DNA from: a virus
IMG/VR virus record: IMGVR_UViG_3300008952_003220
Span: 1-64,000 of that record
Length of the DNA stretch: 64,000 nucleotides
Strand: one strand, 5' to 3'
Both the position numbers and the translations under genes were made by a program. Shown here piece by piece: positions 46,550 through 55,351 of the stretch (the first letter of the stretch is position 1; each line of letters opens with the position of its first letter). Under the pieces are notes generated by a model that saw only the letters and a program-made list of their open reading frames with translations, made no database searches and had not been told where the DNA came from.

Positions 46550-47455
46550 ATGCTTAGATTTCCTACCGCTACGTTGTTCATTGAAGGCCCAGATTGTTCT
46601 GGTAAAACAAGTCTCATCAATCAGATTCACGCTGAGACAAAGTACTCGTGGCACATAATGGATCGGTCTCAGTTCTCTAGGAAGCTTTTCTGCGATCTTT
46701 ACAATAGAGTTGTACCTACAGCTAGCGATGATCTTTACTTTGAGATGGGAAATCTTAATAATCGATATGTCTTTTTGCTTCCACCGCTTGATGCGATCTT
46801 AAGTAGATTTGAAGACAGGGGTGATGAGTTACATGATAAAAAGTCTCTGATCCAGGTCTACAAGACATTTGGAAAGCATGTTGAGAGAATTAGGACTTTT
46901 CCAAACGTTACTGTGATATACGATGAGCCTTCGGTTAAAGATCTCTCGAAAAGGGTGTGTACATCGCTGCACTTCACTGAGAAGCCGCAGCTAAGAGAGG
47001 TATCAGATCAGGTCATTGATCTTGTAGCTGTTAGAGGCGATGAGTCATATCCTGTAAAGTTTACCCTATACGATGATGGCAAGTTTGAAGAAGCAGACCC
47101 AGAAATTTTAAATTATAAGCCTGAGTCAGAATATTATCAGAGAATATTTTCTGAGCTGCACAATAAGATCACTGATGAGCTAGCTGGAAAGAATGAGTAT
47201 GACAGAGTTGAGGATCACACCTCAAGAAGGTTTGTCTACTCTGATAGCACCTGTATCTCTTTTATTCAGGTGGGAATTAGAGATAGAATTATGGACTTTC
47301 ACGTTGTGATCCGTTCTACAGATGTTAAAGAGATTTTTCCCTATGATTTAAAGTTTTTGTACTATCTTGCTTCAACGTGTTTTAATAGGTTTAATGACGT
47401 GTGCAATGGTGTTAGATTGAGATTTGACTTAAACTCTGCGCACATTATAAGATAA
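46550..47455 (+). CDS. Fusion: dNMP (thymidylate-like) kinase plus minimal thymidylate-synthase-fold domain, probably dCMP-specific
   Basis: IEGPDCSGKTS, MDRS, RGDE; then SRR, TCISFIQ, IRSTDVKEIFPYD, NSAHI. Confidence 0.72.
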   Translation: MLRFPTATLFIEGPDCSGKTSLINQIHAETKYSWHIMDRSQFSRKLFCDLYNRVVPTASDDLYFEMGNLNNRYVFLLPPLDAILSRFEDRGDELHDKKSLIQVYKTFGKHVERIRTFPNVTVIYDEPSVKDLSKRVCTSLHFTEKPQLREVSDQVIDLVAVRGDESYPVKFTLYDDGKFEEADPEILNYKPESEYYQRIFSELHNKITDELAGKNEYDRVEDHTSRRFVYSDSTCISFIQVGIRDRIMDFHVVIRSTDVKEIFPYDLKFLYYLASTCFNRFNDVCNGVRLRFDLNSAHIIR

Positions 47456-47477
47456 AATTACATAAAGGAGCGCTATT

Positions 47478-48494
47478 ATGAAAAAGAAAGCATTGGTGAC
47501 AGGCGGCTGCGGATTTATTGGATCAAATCTATCAAAGAGTCTTGTAGAAGATGGGTGGACTGTTGATATAGTCGATGACATGTCATCAGGAGATCTAAAC
47601 CTTCTCTCAGGGACCAGCATGCGCGTTGTTCCTATTGATCTATTGAGAAACTATTTTGAATCCCCGGCAGCAGAAAAGAGAGAGACTGACCAGCTTTTAG
47701 TCATCCAGGGTGATTTCTCTCACCAAAATACGCTGACGCTAATCAGGGAGGGCAGATATGACGTTGTCTTTCACCAAGCAGCTATTCCAAGAGTTTCATT
47801 TTCTGTTGAGAATCCATCAGCTACGACAGATGTCAACGTAGCTTCTACAGTTAGATTGTTTGAAGCCTGCATAGACAATGTCAAGAGGATTGTTTGGGCA
47901 TCTTCCTCTTCTGTTTACGGTGGAGCTGATGTCATGCCAACGCCGACTACTGCACCAAGAAATCCCAAGTCACCATATGCTTGGCAAAAATCTACCATAG
48001 AAGATCTATCTAAGATGTTTTGTAATCTTTATGATATCGATATCGTCTGTCTGCGCTATTTTAATGTCTTTGGTCCGGGACAGCTAGCTGGAAGCCCCTA
48101 TTCCACAGCAGTTTCTGCTTGGTGTCACGCAATTAAGAATGATCTTCCCCTAAGAAGCGATGGAGACGGAACACAAAGCCGTGATCTGTGCTACGTTGAT
48201 AATGTTGTCAGTGCTAACATTCTTGCTGCTATTTCTGATACTGTTTTTTCCGGAAAGGCATACAATGTTTGTTGTGGAGATAGAACAAGCAATCGTGAGA
48301 TTCTGAACTTTTTAACTGAGAGATTTCCTGGTATAGATATAGAGGATGCCCCTTGGCGAACAGGAGATGTCATGCACACACAAGGTGATTGGTCTGCAGC
48401 AAACATTGATTTTGGATATGAACCTTTGGTAAAGTTTTGGCAAGGGATAGAGAGAACATTAGAGTGGTGGGAATTAAAAGAAGATGAGTTATGA
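47478..48494 (+). CDS. NAD-dependent nucleotide-sugar epimerase/dehydratase (GalE/WbpP-like)
   Basis: TGGCGFIGS, HQAA, ASSSSVYG, PKSPYAWQK, LRYFNVFGP, GDGTQSRD. Confidence 0.92.
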   Translation: MKKKALVTGGCGFIGSNLSKSLVEDGWTVDIVDDMSSGDLNLLSGTSMRVVPIDLLRNYFESPAAEKRETDQLLVIQGDFSHQNTLTLIREGRYDVVFHQAAIPRVSFSVENPSATTDVNVASTVRLFEACIDNVKRIVWASSSSVYGGADVMPTPTTAPRNPKSPYAWQKSTIEDLSKMFCNLYDIDIVCLRYFNVFGPGQLAGSPYSTAVSAWCHAIKNDLPLRSDGDGTQSRDLCYVDNVVSANILAAISDTVFSGKAYNVCCGDRTSNREILNFLTERFPGIDIEDAPWRTGDVMHTQGDWSAANIDFGYEPLVKFWQGIERTLEWWELKEDEL

Positions 48495-48912
48495 TACTAA
48501 AAAACATGTTAAGTCTTCATGGGTTTCAAGTGGAAACAATGGTCGGATTACTGAGAAACCCTGGGGATATGAGACATCTTGGGCTGGATTCGATGGAATT
48601 CATGGAAAGACTCTTTTTATATGTGAGGGAAAGAGAACCAGCCTAAAGTATCACACATTAAAATCAGAGGTGCTTTTTGTTAGATCTGGTCGTGCTGAGG
48701 TTGAATTCGGAGATGAGCTTTCTTTAACAGACCCAGTGGGACATCCTTTTAAAAAGGAAACTGTAACGCCAGGAAGCTGCTTACTAGCTCAAAGCGGATC
48801 ACCCTATAGAATAAAAGCTTTAACAGATTGTGAGATAATAGAAATAGGAAATCACCTTAGTGACAAACCTATTAGAATAGAGGATGACTATGGCAGAGCT
48901 AACTCAGAATAA
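48484..48912 (+). CDS. Cupin (mannose-6-phosphate isomerase type II C-terminal-like)
   Basis: EKPWGYE, SLKYH..KSE, RIEDDYGR. Confidence 0.8.
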   Translation: MSYDTKKHVKSSWVSSGNNGRITEKPWGYETSWAGFDGIHGKTLFICEGKRTSLKYHTLKSEVLFVRSGRAEVEFGDELSLTDPVGHPFKKETVTPGSCLLAQSGSPYRIKALTDCEIIEIGNHLSDKPIRIEDDYGRANSE

Positions 48913-49471
48913 AAGGCAACCTGAATTTATTATATTTACGGGTCCGATGTTCGGGTCTAAGACAACTAAACTGCTGGCAGTTGTAGATAGATTTAGATAT
49001 CAGAAAAGAAAGGTCTTTGCATTTAAGCCCAAGATGGACGACAGGTATTCAAATACTGAGATAGTTACCCACTCTGGGGGAAAGATCGAAGCTGTCGGCA
49101 TCAGCACGGGAAATGAGGTTATATCGTTTTTACAGGATCTAGATGAGATGCCAGATGTGATTGCTGTGGACGAAGCTTTTATGATAGATGACATTTCTGA
49201 AGTTTTAGTCTATCTATTCAGGGGCGGAATTACTATCGTTGTTTCTTCATTGCAGCTGTCAGCAACAGGAAAGCCTTTTGAGGAGGTTAGGGATATGATG
49301 CCGTATGCTACAAAGATTGAAATCTGCCCAGCAGTTTGTACAATTTCAGGAGATGATGCATACTATACACATCGAAAGCTTGAAACTATTGATGAAATTA
49401 TTGTTGGGGGCGAAGAGCTATATGAGCCTAGATGTTGGAAGTATCACAGTTTCTTTAATATAGAGGGATAA
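48890..49471 (+). CDS. tdk: Thymidine kinase
   Basis: GPMFGSKTT, FKP..DDRY, THSG, VDEAF, IIVGGEELYEPRC. Confidence 0.9.
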   Translation: MAELTQNKRQPEFIIFTGPMFGSKTTKLLAVVDRFRYQKRKVFAFKPKMDDRYSNTEIVTHSGGKIEAVGISTGNEVISFLQDLDEMPDVIAVDEAFMIDDISEVLVYLFRGGITIVVSSLQLSATGKPFEEVRDMMPYATKIEICPAVCTISGDDAYYTHRKLETIDEIIVGGEELYEPRCWKYHSFFNIEG

Positions 49472-49472
49472 T

Positions 49473-50510
49473 ATGACTCATGTTAAGCCAGGTAATGTTG
49501 ACTGTGTAATATACCACGCTGATTGTACAGACGGTTTTGGTGCTGCATATTCTGCTTGGAAGCTATTGGGAAATCGTTCTGAATATTACCCCTGTAAGCA
49601 TGGAACAGCTCCGCCAGATATTAAAGGAAAGACAGTTGCTATTCTTGATTTTTCTTTTGATAATGCAACTATTAAAAAGATGATTAAAGATGCTGAAGGG
49701 CTTATAGTGATTGATCATCATAAATCTGCAATGGTCGAGCTTCATGATATATCTAACACTCACTTTGATATGACCAAGAGCGGTGCAATGCTAGCATGGG
49801 AATTCTTCCACCCCGGAAAAGAATCACCAAAGTTTATTCAATATATTCAAGATAGAGATCTCTGGAAATGGGAGCTTCCATATTCTAAAGAATTTGCTGC
49901 AGCTTTTGATATGGTTCCTTTTGAGTTTGAAGAATTTGAGAAGTTCGAGGATGACTCTGTGTTTGATGATGCCATTAAGAGAGGATCGTATATACTGGCC
50001 TATAGTAAGACAGTTGTGAAGAAGGTTTGTGAAAAGGCAGTTTCTAGAAAGTACAAAGGAATGGATGTTTTAATTGTTAATTCATCACACTGGATGTCTG
50101 AGATTGGTGCACGACTATCACCTGATTGTGACTTTGCTGTAATTTGGTACTATGATCATAATGATAGAATCAATAAGATAAGTCTTAGATCTTTTCATGA
50201 TCATGTTGATGTTTCTGAGATTGCTAAGGATTTTGGAGGCGGCGGCCATAGAAAAGCTGGAGGCTTTCAAATAAGTGGAGAGCTTTGTGTCGATGATATA
50301 TTTGACATTGAAGAAGAGCAAGAAGAAGACGTAGTTGACACTTCTCAGGTTAAGGAAGAGATTAAAAAGCTAAAAGAGGAGTTACAGGAGAAAGGCGGTG
50401 ACGTCAAGGAAGAAGAATTTGAAAAGCTCGAAGAGCAGATAGAAAAGATTGCTAGTGGTAAATCTCTAGAAAGTGAAAATCACGATAGCCAGCAAGCAGA
50501 AGATAGATGA
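49473..50510 (+). CDS. DHH/DHHA1 phosphoesterase with acidic tail
   Basis: YHADCTDG, LDF, IDHH, QDRDLW, SLRS, GGGGHRKAGG. Confidence 0.9.
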   Translation: MTHVKPGNVDCVIYHADCTDGFGAAYSAWKLLGNRSEYYPCKHGTAPPDIKGKTVAILDFSFDNATIKKMIKDAEGLIVIDHHKSAMVELHDISNTHFDMTKSGAMLAWEFFHPGKESPKFIQYIQDRDLWKWELPYSKEFAAAFDMVPFEFEEFEKFEDDSVFDDAIKRGSYILAYSKTVVKKVCEKAVSRKYKGMDVLIVNSSHWMSEIGARLSPDCDFAVIWYYDHNDRINKISLRSFHDHVDVSEIAKDFGGGGHRKAGGFQISGELCVDDIFDIEEEQEEDVVDTSQVKEEIKKLKEELQEKGGDVKEEEFEKLEEQIEKIASGKSLESENHDSQQAEDR

Positions 50511-50542
50511 GACCAGAATGGGATGATCACATAATAAAATGA
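50507..50542 (+). pseudogene. Mini-ORF MRPEWDDHIIK resembling a relic 5' end of dCMP deaminase
   Basis: ATGA overlaps at both ends; RPxWD matches the RPSWD start of the deaminase at 51627. Confidence 0.55.
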
Positions 50543-51630
50543 ATGATGATAAATTAAAAGATATTTTAAGAATAGCAAGAGACTATGGGTTTTGTATTGT
50601 TCCTGATGACAATGAAGTTCTTGCTATTAATCATCACACTGTTGGAGGCAGTTTTAGCCAGAAACTAGGCTATCTTGAAATAGATCCAGTTTCATTTTTT
50701 TCATCATTACAAGTATTGGGCACTGTATCATCTTGTCTCGAAAAAAAGAAAGAAGTATTTATTCATTCTCTACCTAGATCAGGAGGAAACCACCTACATG
50801 CCACACTTCATTATCATCCTGAAGTTTTTTGTCTTTCTGAAAGAGAAGATCCCAGAAACAATAGTGCACAAGATGTCTTTGGAAAATTTAGTCCTATAAC
50901 ATTCTATAAGATGATTAGCTCAAAATGTCTTGTCTGGAAAGTTACTGGTGTCAGAGATCCATCTTTGATTATTTACTTTGACAAAGTGTGTAAAGATCAT
51001 GTTTCTATTTTTAATTTTAGGCACCCTTACTTGGTATTTTTATCAGCTAAGCGGGAAGAACTAAAGGGAAATAGCTCATATCACTGGCTCAAAGAAAGCT
51101 GGCCTAATCGTCCCAATTTGCTAAGCATAGTTTGTGATTATTTTAAAAATATAAAACAGTCACATTTAATCAATCCTGATCGAAAAATAACCTATCAAGA
51201 GATATGTGCTGCGCAGGCACTACAGCTAAGTCACATATCTTATGCAATAAATAGAGGAATTACTTCTACTATAGCATTTCATGAAGAATTGCTAGCTAAT
51301 AAAGATAAAATGGAATCAATTTATAATACTCTAGGGCTAGCTTGTGACTCTCAGGTTTATTCTTTTAAAGCATTTATTAGTGATATGCAGGAGAAGAATA
51401 GTGATGACTATGATATCTCTGATGGACTTATAGGATTTGGAGGCTACAATCCCGAACGTAAGATTTTGCTTAAAGATGAGATTAACATTTTAAATGAGAA
51501 TCGGCATGATGCGGAAATGATGATTGATCTTGTTTGTGAATTTTCAAAAAAAAATAATGTTGATGAAGAGGTTATTTTTAAATTTAGAGAATTTTATCTG
51601 GAAAAGATTAATAACTTGGAACAAAGATGA
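50539..51630 (+). CDS. Second sulfotransferase-like protein
   Basis: HSLPRSGGNHL..L..HP, FRHPYLVFLS, FHEELL; AT-rich by eye. Confidence 0.6.
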   Translation: MNDDKLKDILRIARDYGFCIVPDDNEVLAINHHTVGGSFSQKLGYLEIDPVSFFSSLQVLGTVSSCLEKKKEVFIHSLPRSGGNHLHATLHYHPEVFCLSEREDPRNNSAQDVFGKFSPITFYKMISSKCLVWKVTGVRDPSLIIYFDKVCKDHVSIFNFRHPYLVFLSAKREELKGNSSYHWLKESWPNRPNLLSIVCDYFKNIKQSHLINPDRKITYQEICAAQALQLSHISYAINRGITSTIAFHEELLANKDKMESIYNTLGLACDSQVYSFKAFISDMQEKNSDDYDISDGLIGFGGYNPERKILLKDEINILNENRHDAEMMIDLVCEFSKKNNVDEEVIFKFREFYLEKINNLEQR

Positions 51631-52037
51631 GACTACATCGACCTAGCTGGGATAAAATTTGGATGCAATTTGCTCAGTCAATATCAACAAGATCCTGTGA
51701 TCCGCGTCATCAGGTTGGGGCAATCATAGTGACAGATGATAATACTCAAGTCCTGGCTATCGGATACAATGGAGATCAAAAAGGAGGATCTAATGCAATA
51801 GAGTCATTGGAGCCCGGTCAGTCAGGCTTTATTCATGCTGAAATTAACGCTCTAATAAAGTGTGACTACAACAACCCTAAGAGAAAGATTATGTATGTAA
51901 CACTTTCACCCTGTAAGATGTGTGCAAAGTCAATTGTAAATTCTGGTATTAGTGAGGTTATCTACTTTGAAGATTACAGATCTGATGAGGGAGTTCGACT
52001 TTTATCTGAATTGGGGATTCTTGTTAGAAAATTCTAA
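51627..52037 (+). CDS. dCMP deaminase
   Basis: RPSWD, VGAIIV, GYNG, HAEINA, SPCKMC. Confidence 0.92.
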   Translation: MRLHRPSWDKIWMQFAQSISTRSCDPRHQVGAIIVTDDNTQVLAIGYNGDQKGGSNAIESLEPGQSGFIHAEINALIKCDYNNPKRKIMYVTLSPCKMCAKSIVNSGISEVIYFEDYRSDEGVRLLSELGILVRKF

Positions 52038-52076
52038 AACTTGTTAGATAATTAATATTGTCTTTAACTGACAGTT

Positions 52077-52364
52077 GTGATAATGAGAGTTAAAAAGAAA
52101 AAGCTTTTAGATTTGATTTCACTTCTTATTGAAGGAAATCAAGATGCTATTGAAGAGAAGCTTAGTGTATTTGCAGGTCCAAAGGATTCTAGAAGTATTA
52201 TAATAAGTAACGGCTTAAAGATAAGACATACAGATTCTGGCCTTGTTTACACAGTTGATAGGGTTTTATTTACACCCGGTGGAAATCCAGAAATAAGATG
52301 CACTCGTCCTGGGTGGTCCATAGTTATTACAGCAGATGAATTCAAGGATTATGAGAGGCACTAA
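52077..52364 (+). CDS. Hypothetical late protein
   Basis: ATAATTA at 52048; KKKKLLDLISLLIEG N-terminus. Confidence 0.6.
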   Translation: MIMRVKKKKLLDLISLLIEGNQDAIEEKLSVFAGPKDSRSIIISNGLKIRHTDSGLVYTVDRVLFTPGGNPEIRCTRPGWSIVITADEFKDYERH

Positions 52365-53056
52365 TGTCATTTACCAATAAAGATCTTAAAGAAAACATAA
52401 GAAAGTCTTTAAGCTTTGATCAAGATAAAGAGCAGCTTGCTGAAGCCTACGTTGCCCAACAGAAACAGTTTAATCTTTCAACTGAGCTTTTAAGCCAGGC
52501 TAACAAAGATAATCATATTGAGCTTTATCAGAAGTACATTGAGAATTTTAATAGAATAAGTGCTGAGCTAGACACAGCAGATAGATCTGATGTTAATTCA
52601 AATAATTCTCAATATAGATCTCTTAAGATAGATGAGACATATAACATGAATGCTGCTTATCTTCATGAGCTCTATTTTGCTAACATTAGTGATCTTCACA
52701 GTGAGATAGCAATGGACTCTTTATCATATATGAGACTCTCTAGAGATTTTGGAACTTTTGATGCTTGGCAGAAGGACTTTATAGCGTGCTGCTCAGCATC
52801 CCGATGTGGCTGGGCTATGACATATCTAAATACATACACACAGAGCTATATGAATGTTCCAGTTGATCTTCATAGTCTTGAGGTTCCAGTCGGATGCTAT
52901 CCGATCATTGTTATGGATGTATGGCAGCATGCATATTATAAAGACTATTTAAAGGATGTTAAGACATATACTTATGCAATGATGAAACAGCTAAATTGGC
53001 ATGTCATAGAGTCAAGATTTAGAAAGGCTGAGAACGTCTTGTTGGCATTGAGGTAA
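52364..53056 (+). CDS. Fe/Mn superoxide dismutase-like protein
   Basis: NH..LY..Y, LHELYF, RDFGTFDAW, GWA, DVWQHAYY. Confidence 0.85.
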   Translation: MSFTNKDLKENIRKSLSFDQDKEQLAEAYVAQQKQFNLSTELLSQANKDNHIELYQKYIENFNRISAELDTADRSDVNSNNSQYRSLKIDETYNMNAAYLHELYFANISDLHSEIAMDSLSYMRLSRDFGTFDAWQKDFIACCSASRCGWAMTYLNTYTQSYMNVPVDLHSLEVPVGCYPIIVMDVWQHAYYKDYLKDVKTYTYAMMKQLNWHVIESRFRKAENVLLALR

Positions 53057-53685
53057 TGATGAAAGTCAATAGTCGTAAATTTAAAGGTCTTATCCTATCT
53101 GAGCTAAAGAGAATAATTTCTGAGCAAGATGTTGATATTGATACAGATGTTAGTGAAGATCAACCAGAGCCTACATTTTCATCAGCGGATGACCAGATAG
53201 ATAGCTTTATTATTAAATTTGAAAATGAATCAATTAAAAGAGAGGGAGATGTCATTTCTGTCTCTCTAGATGAGTCTTTAGGATCACTCACACTTAGAGC
53301 TCTCCTAGAGCAGGAAGAAGCAGAGGAAGGGGCACCAGTAGAAGATGATGCAGATGTTGCTGTCGACGACGAATCAGAAGAGATGGGTTCATCTCCGTCG
53401 ATAGAAGCAGAAGAGCTCCCTAAACCTGAAATTGATATTGATTCATTTAGTAAGAGAGTAGCGAGACTTGCTTTGAATTACGAGACACTTCTTAATATAC
53501 CAGCAGTTATAATCAATAGAACAGTTGACTTTCTTAGAGAAAACTATGAAGAGTCAGACGTTGAAAGGCTTAAGCAAATTCTTGAAACTGAATATGACTT
53601 TGAGATAGACGGTAAAGAAAAGGAAACTCAAATTCCGTATGCTGTGGGGGCATGGGCTGGAGGCACAGGAGCAGGCGGTGCTTAA
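53056..53685 (+). CDS. Acidic putative internal head protein
   Basis: MMKVNSRKFKGLILSELKRIISEQ. Confidence 0.65.
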   Translation: MMKVNSRKFKGLILSELKRIISEQDVDIDTDVSEDQPEPTFSSADDQIDSFIIKFENESIKREGDVISVSLDESLGSLTLRALLEQEEAEEGAPVEDDADVAVDDESEEMGSSPSIEAEELPKPEIDIDSFSKRVARLALNYETLLNIPAVIINRTVDFLRENYEESDVERLKQILETEYDFEIDGKEKETQIPYAVGAWAGGTGAGGA

Positions 53686-53984
53686 TGAAAAAGCCCGAAG
53701 AAAAATATATCGACTTTGAAACAAAGAAGACACTTCATTTCAATATAACAAGAGAGTCTCATAGCAGCCTAAGAATAGCATGCTTTCAGCGAAGACTTTC
53801 TATGCAGGAGGTCTTTGAAGAGCTTGCAATTTTAGTATCTGAGGAGTCACCAGTTCTGATAAAGATTCTTGATGATCTTTCTGAAAAGAAACGTCAAAAA
53901 ATTATTAAAAAATTATCGGAAACAGATGCAGAATCTTTGTTTAATATTATAGAAAAAGAAAACCCATTAGTGAGTTCTGAATGA
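53685..53984 (+). CDS. Ribbon-helix-helix-like small DNA-binding protein
   Basis: KKTLHFNITRESHSSLRIACFQRRLSMQEVFE; TAATG coupling puts the start at 53685. Confidence 0.5.
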   Translation: MKKPEEKYIDFETKKTLHFNITRESHSSLRIACFQRRLSMQEVFEELAILVSEESPVLIKILDDLSEKKRQKIIKKLSETDAESLFNIIEKENPLVSSE

Positions 53985-54256
53985 TAAATTGGCTTAAGAA
54001 TATATTTAAAAGAGATTCTGTTACTAGAGTTAAAAATCTAGAGATACAGTGTCTTTACTTGCATACTAGACTTCACGATGTTGAAAAATTAATATCCAAG
54101 CAGTCTGAGATACTTGCTAACATTGCTCATGTGCAATCTGAGATATCTAATATTATCTGGTCGGAGGGAACTAGGTCAGGAGATGGGTCTTCTGAAAGTA
54201 AGTCAATGTTTTCACAAAAATTTACTATATCGAAAGATGATGATTTTTTAAACTAG
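53981..54256 (+). CDS. Hypothetical coiled-coil protein
   Basis: ATGA-type overlap with the upstream gene. Confidence 0.55.
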   Translation: MINWLKNIFKRDSVTRVKNLEIQCLYLHTRLHDVEKLISKQSEILANIAHVQSEISNIIWSEGTRSGDGSSESKSMFSQKFTISKDDDFLN

Positions 54257-54265
54257 GAATGAAAG

Positions 54266-54460
54266 ATGAAGGTAGGAATTTTAGATAGAATATTAGAGAA
54301 GGCAATCTCTAGAAAGCTTCTTGTTTTTTGTACAGCAACCGGATTGATGGCATGGGACGGACTAGATTCTGAGACATGGGGAATGGTAGCAATAGTCTAT
54401 ATCGGAGGCCAGGCAGTTGTTGATACTATGAAAGCCTACCGGTTTGGTGATAGGGAATGA
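54266..54460 (+). CDS. Holin-like small two-TM protein
   Basis: SRKLLVF..TM..W..TM YIGGQAVVD. Confidence 0.6.
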   Translation: MKVGILDRILEKAISRKLLVFCTATGLMAWDGLDSETWGMVAIVYIGGQAVVDTMKAYRFGDRE

Positions 54461-54861
54461 CCCTATCAGCTTTTAAGCTGGCATTGAAAAAAGCAATAGC
54501 CTGGTGCAAGCACCATTGGAAGATTTTGCTTTTGATGGCTTGGTCTGTTGTTATATGGGTCGTAGCTAGAAGATCACTGAATAGTCATAAAAAAGCCCTA
54601 GATTTAACAATTAAAAGCTATAAAGCTGAGATCGACGCCATCCAGAGCACTCATGAGAAAGAAATAGAGAAAAGAAACAGGGCAATTGAAACTTATCGGG
54701 TTGTGATACAGGAAGCAGAAAAGGCATACTCTGAATCTCAAGAGGAGCTTGGAGTTCTAAAGAGAGAGAGGCTAAAGGATCTTGTTAATCAATATGCTGA
54801 TGACCCCGAAAGCTTAAATAACATTATTGAATCTGAATTTGGATTTACCTATGTTAAGTAA
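54457..54861 (+). CDS. Membrane-anchored coiled-coil protein (i-spanin-like)
   Basis: Single N-terminal TM then coiled coil; follows the holin-like gene. Confidence 0.5.
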   Translation: MTLSAFKLALKKAIAWCKHHWKILLLMAWSVVIWVVARRSLNSHKKALDLTIKSYKAEIDAIQSTHEKEIEKRNRAIETYRVVIQEAEKAYSESQEELGVLKRERLKDLVNQYADDPESLNNIIESEFGFTYVK

Positions 54862-55315
54862 GGCTTTTATTATATTGCTTCCGATTCTTTTTTCTCAGAA
54901 CGTTCTTGCAGATGACGAGGTGGAGCAGCCCAAGTATGCTCACCTTGAAGTGGGAGAGACAGCTCCTTTTAATGGAACACTCTTTAATGGGCCTGCACTT
55001 TCTCAGATCTTGGTTGAAAGCCAGTACTCATTTGATGAGTGTGATTTAAGAGTTGAATTTGAGAAGAACTTGATTGCTGCTGATTATCAATTAAGACTAG
55101 ACACATTGCAAGCCGGATATGATTCTCTAAGTGAGAGGCACGATCTTTTAATGTCCATTAAAAATGATGAGATTGAGACATACAGAAGTCTGGCTCTTGA
55201 AATGCCGAACAAAAATAATCAATGGTGGCTTGCCGGCGGTGTTGTCGTGGGTGTTGCCATAACAGTTTCAGCTGCGTGGGCTATGGGACAAGTTTCTGCT
55301 ATATCAGCAAATTAA
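54851..55315 (+). CDS. Secreted coiled-coil protein with a C-terminal TM (spanin-like partner)
   Basis: Signal peptide MLSKAFIILLPILFSQNVLA; APFNGTL; C-terminal hydrophobic helix. Confidence 0.5.
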   Translation: MLSKAFIILLPILFSQNVLADDEVEQPKYAHLEVGETAPFNGTLFNGPALSQILVESQYSFDECDLRVEFEKNLIAADYQLRLDTLQAGYDSLSERHDLLMSIKNDEIETYRSLALEMPNKNNQWWLAGGVVVGVAITVSAAWAMGQVSAISAN

Positions 55316-55351
55316 GAATTTGTCTTCATAATTAATCTTGAGGTCGAAGTT

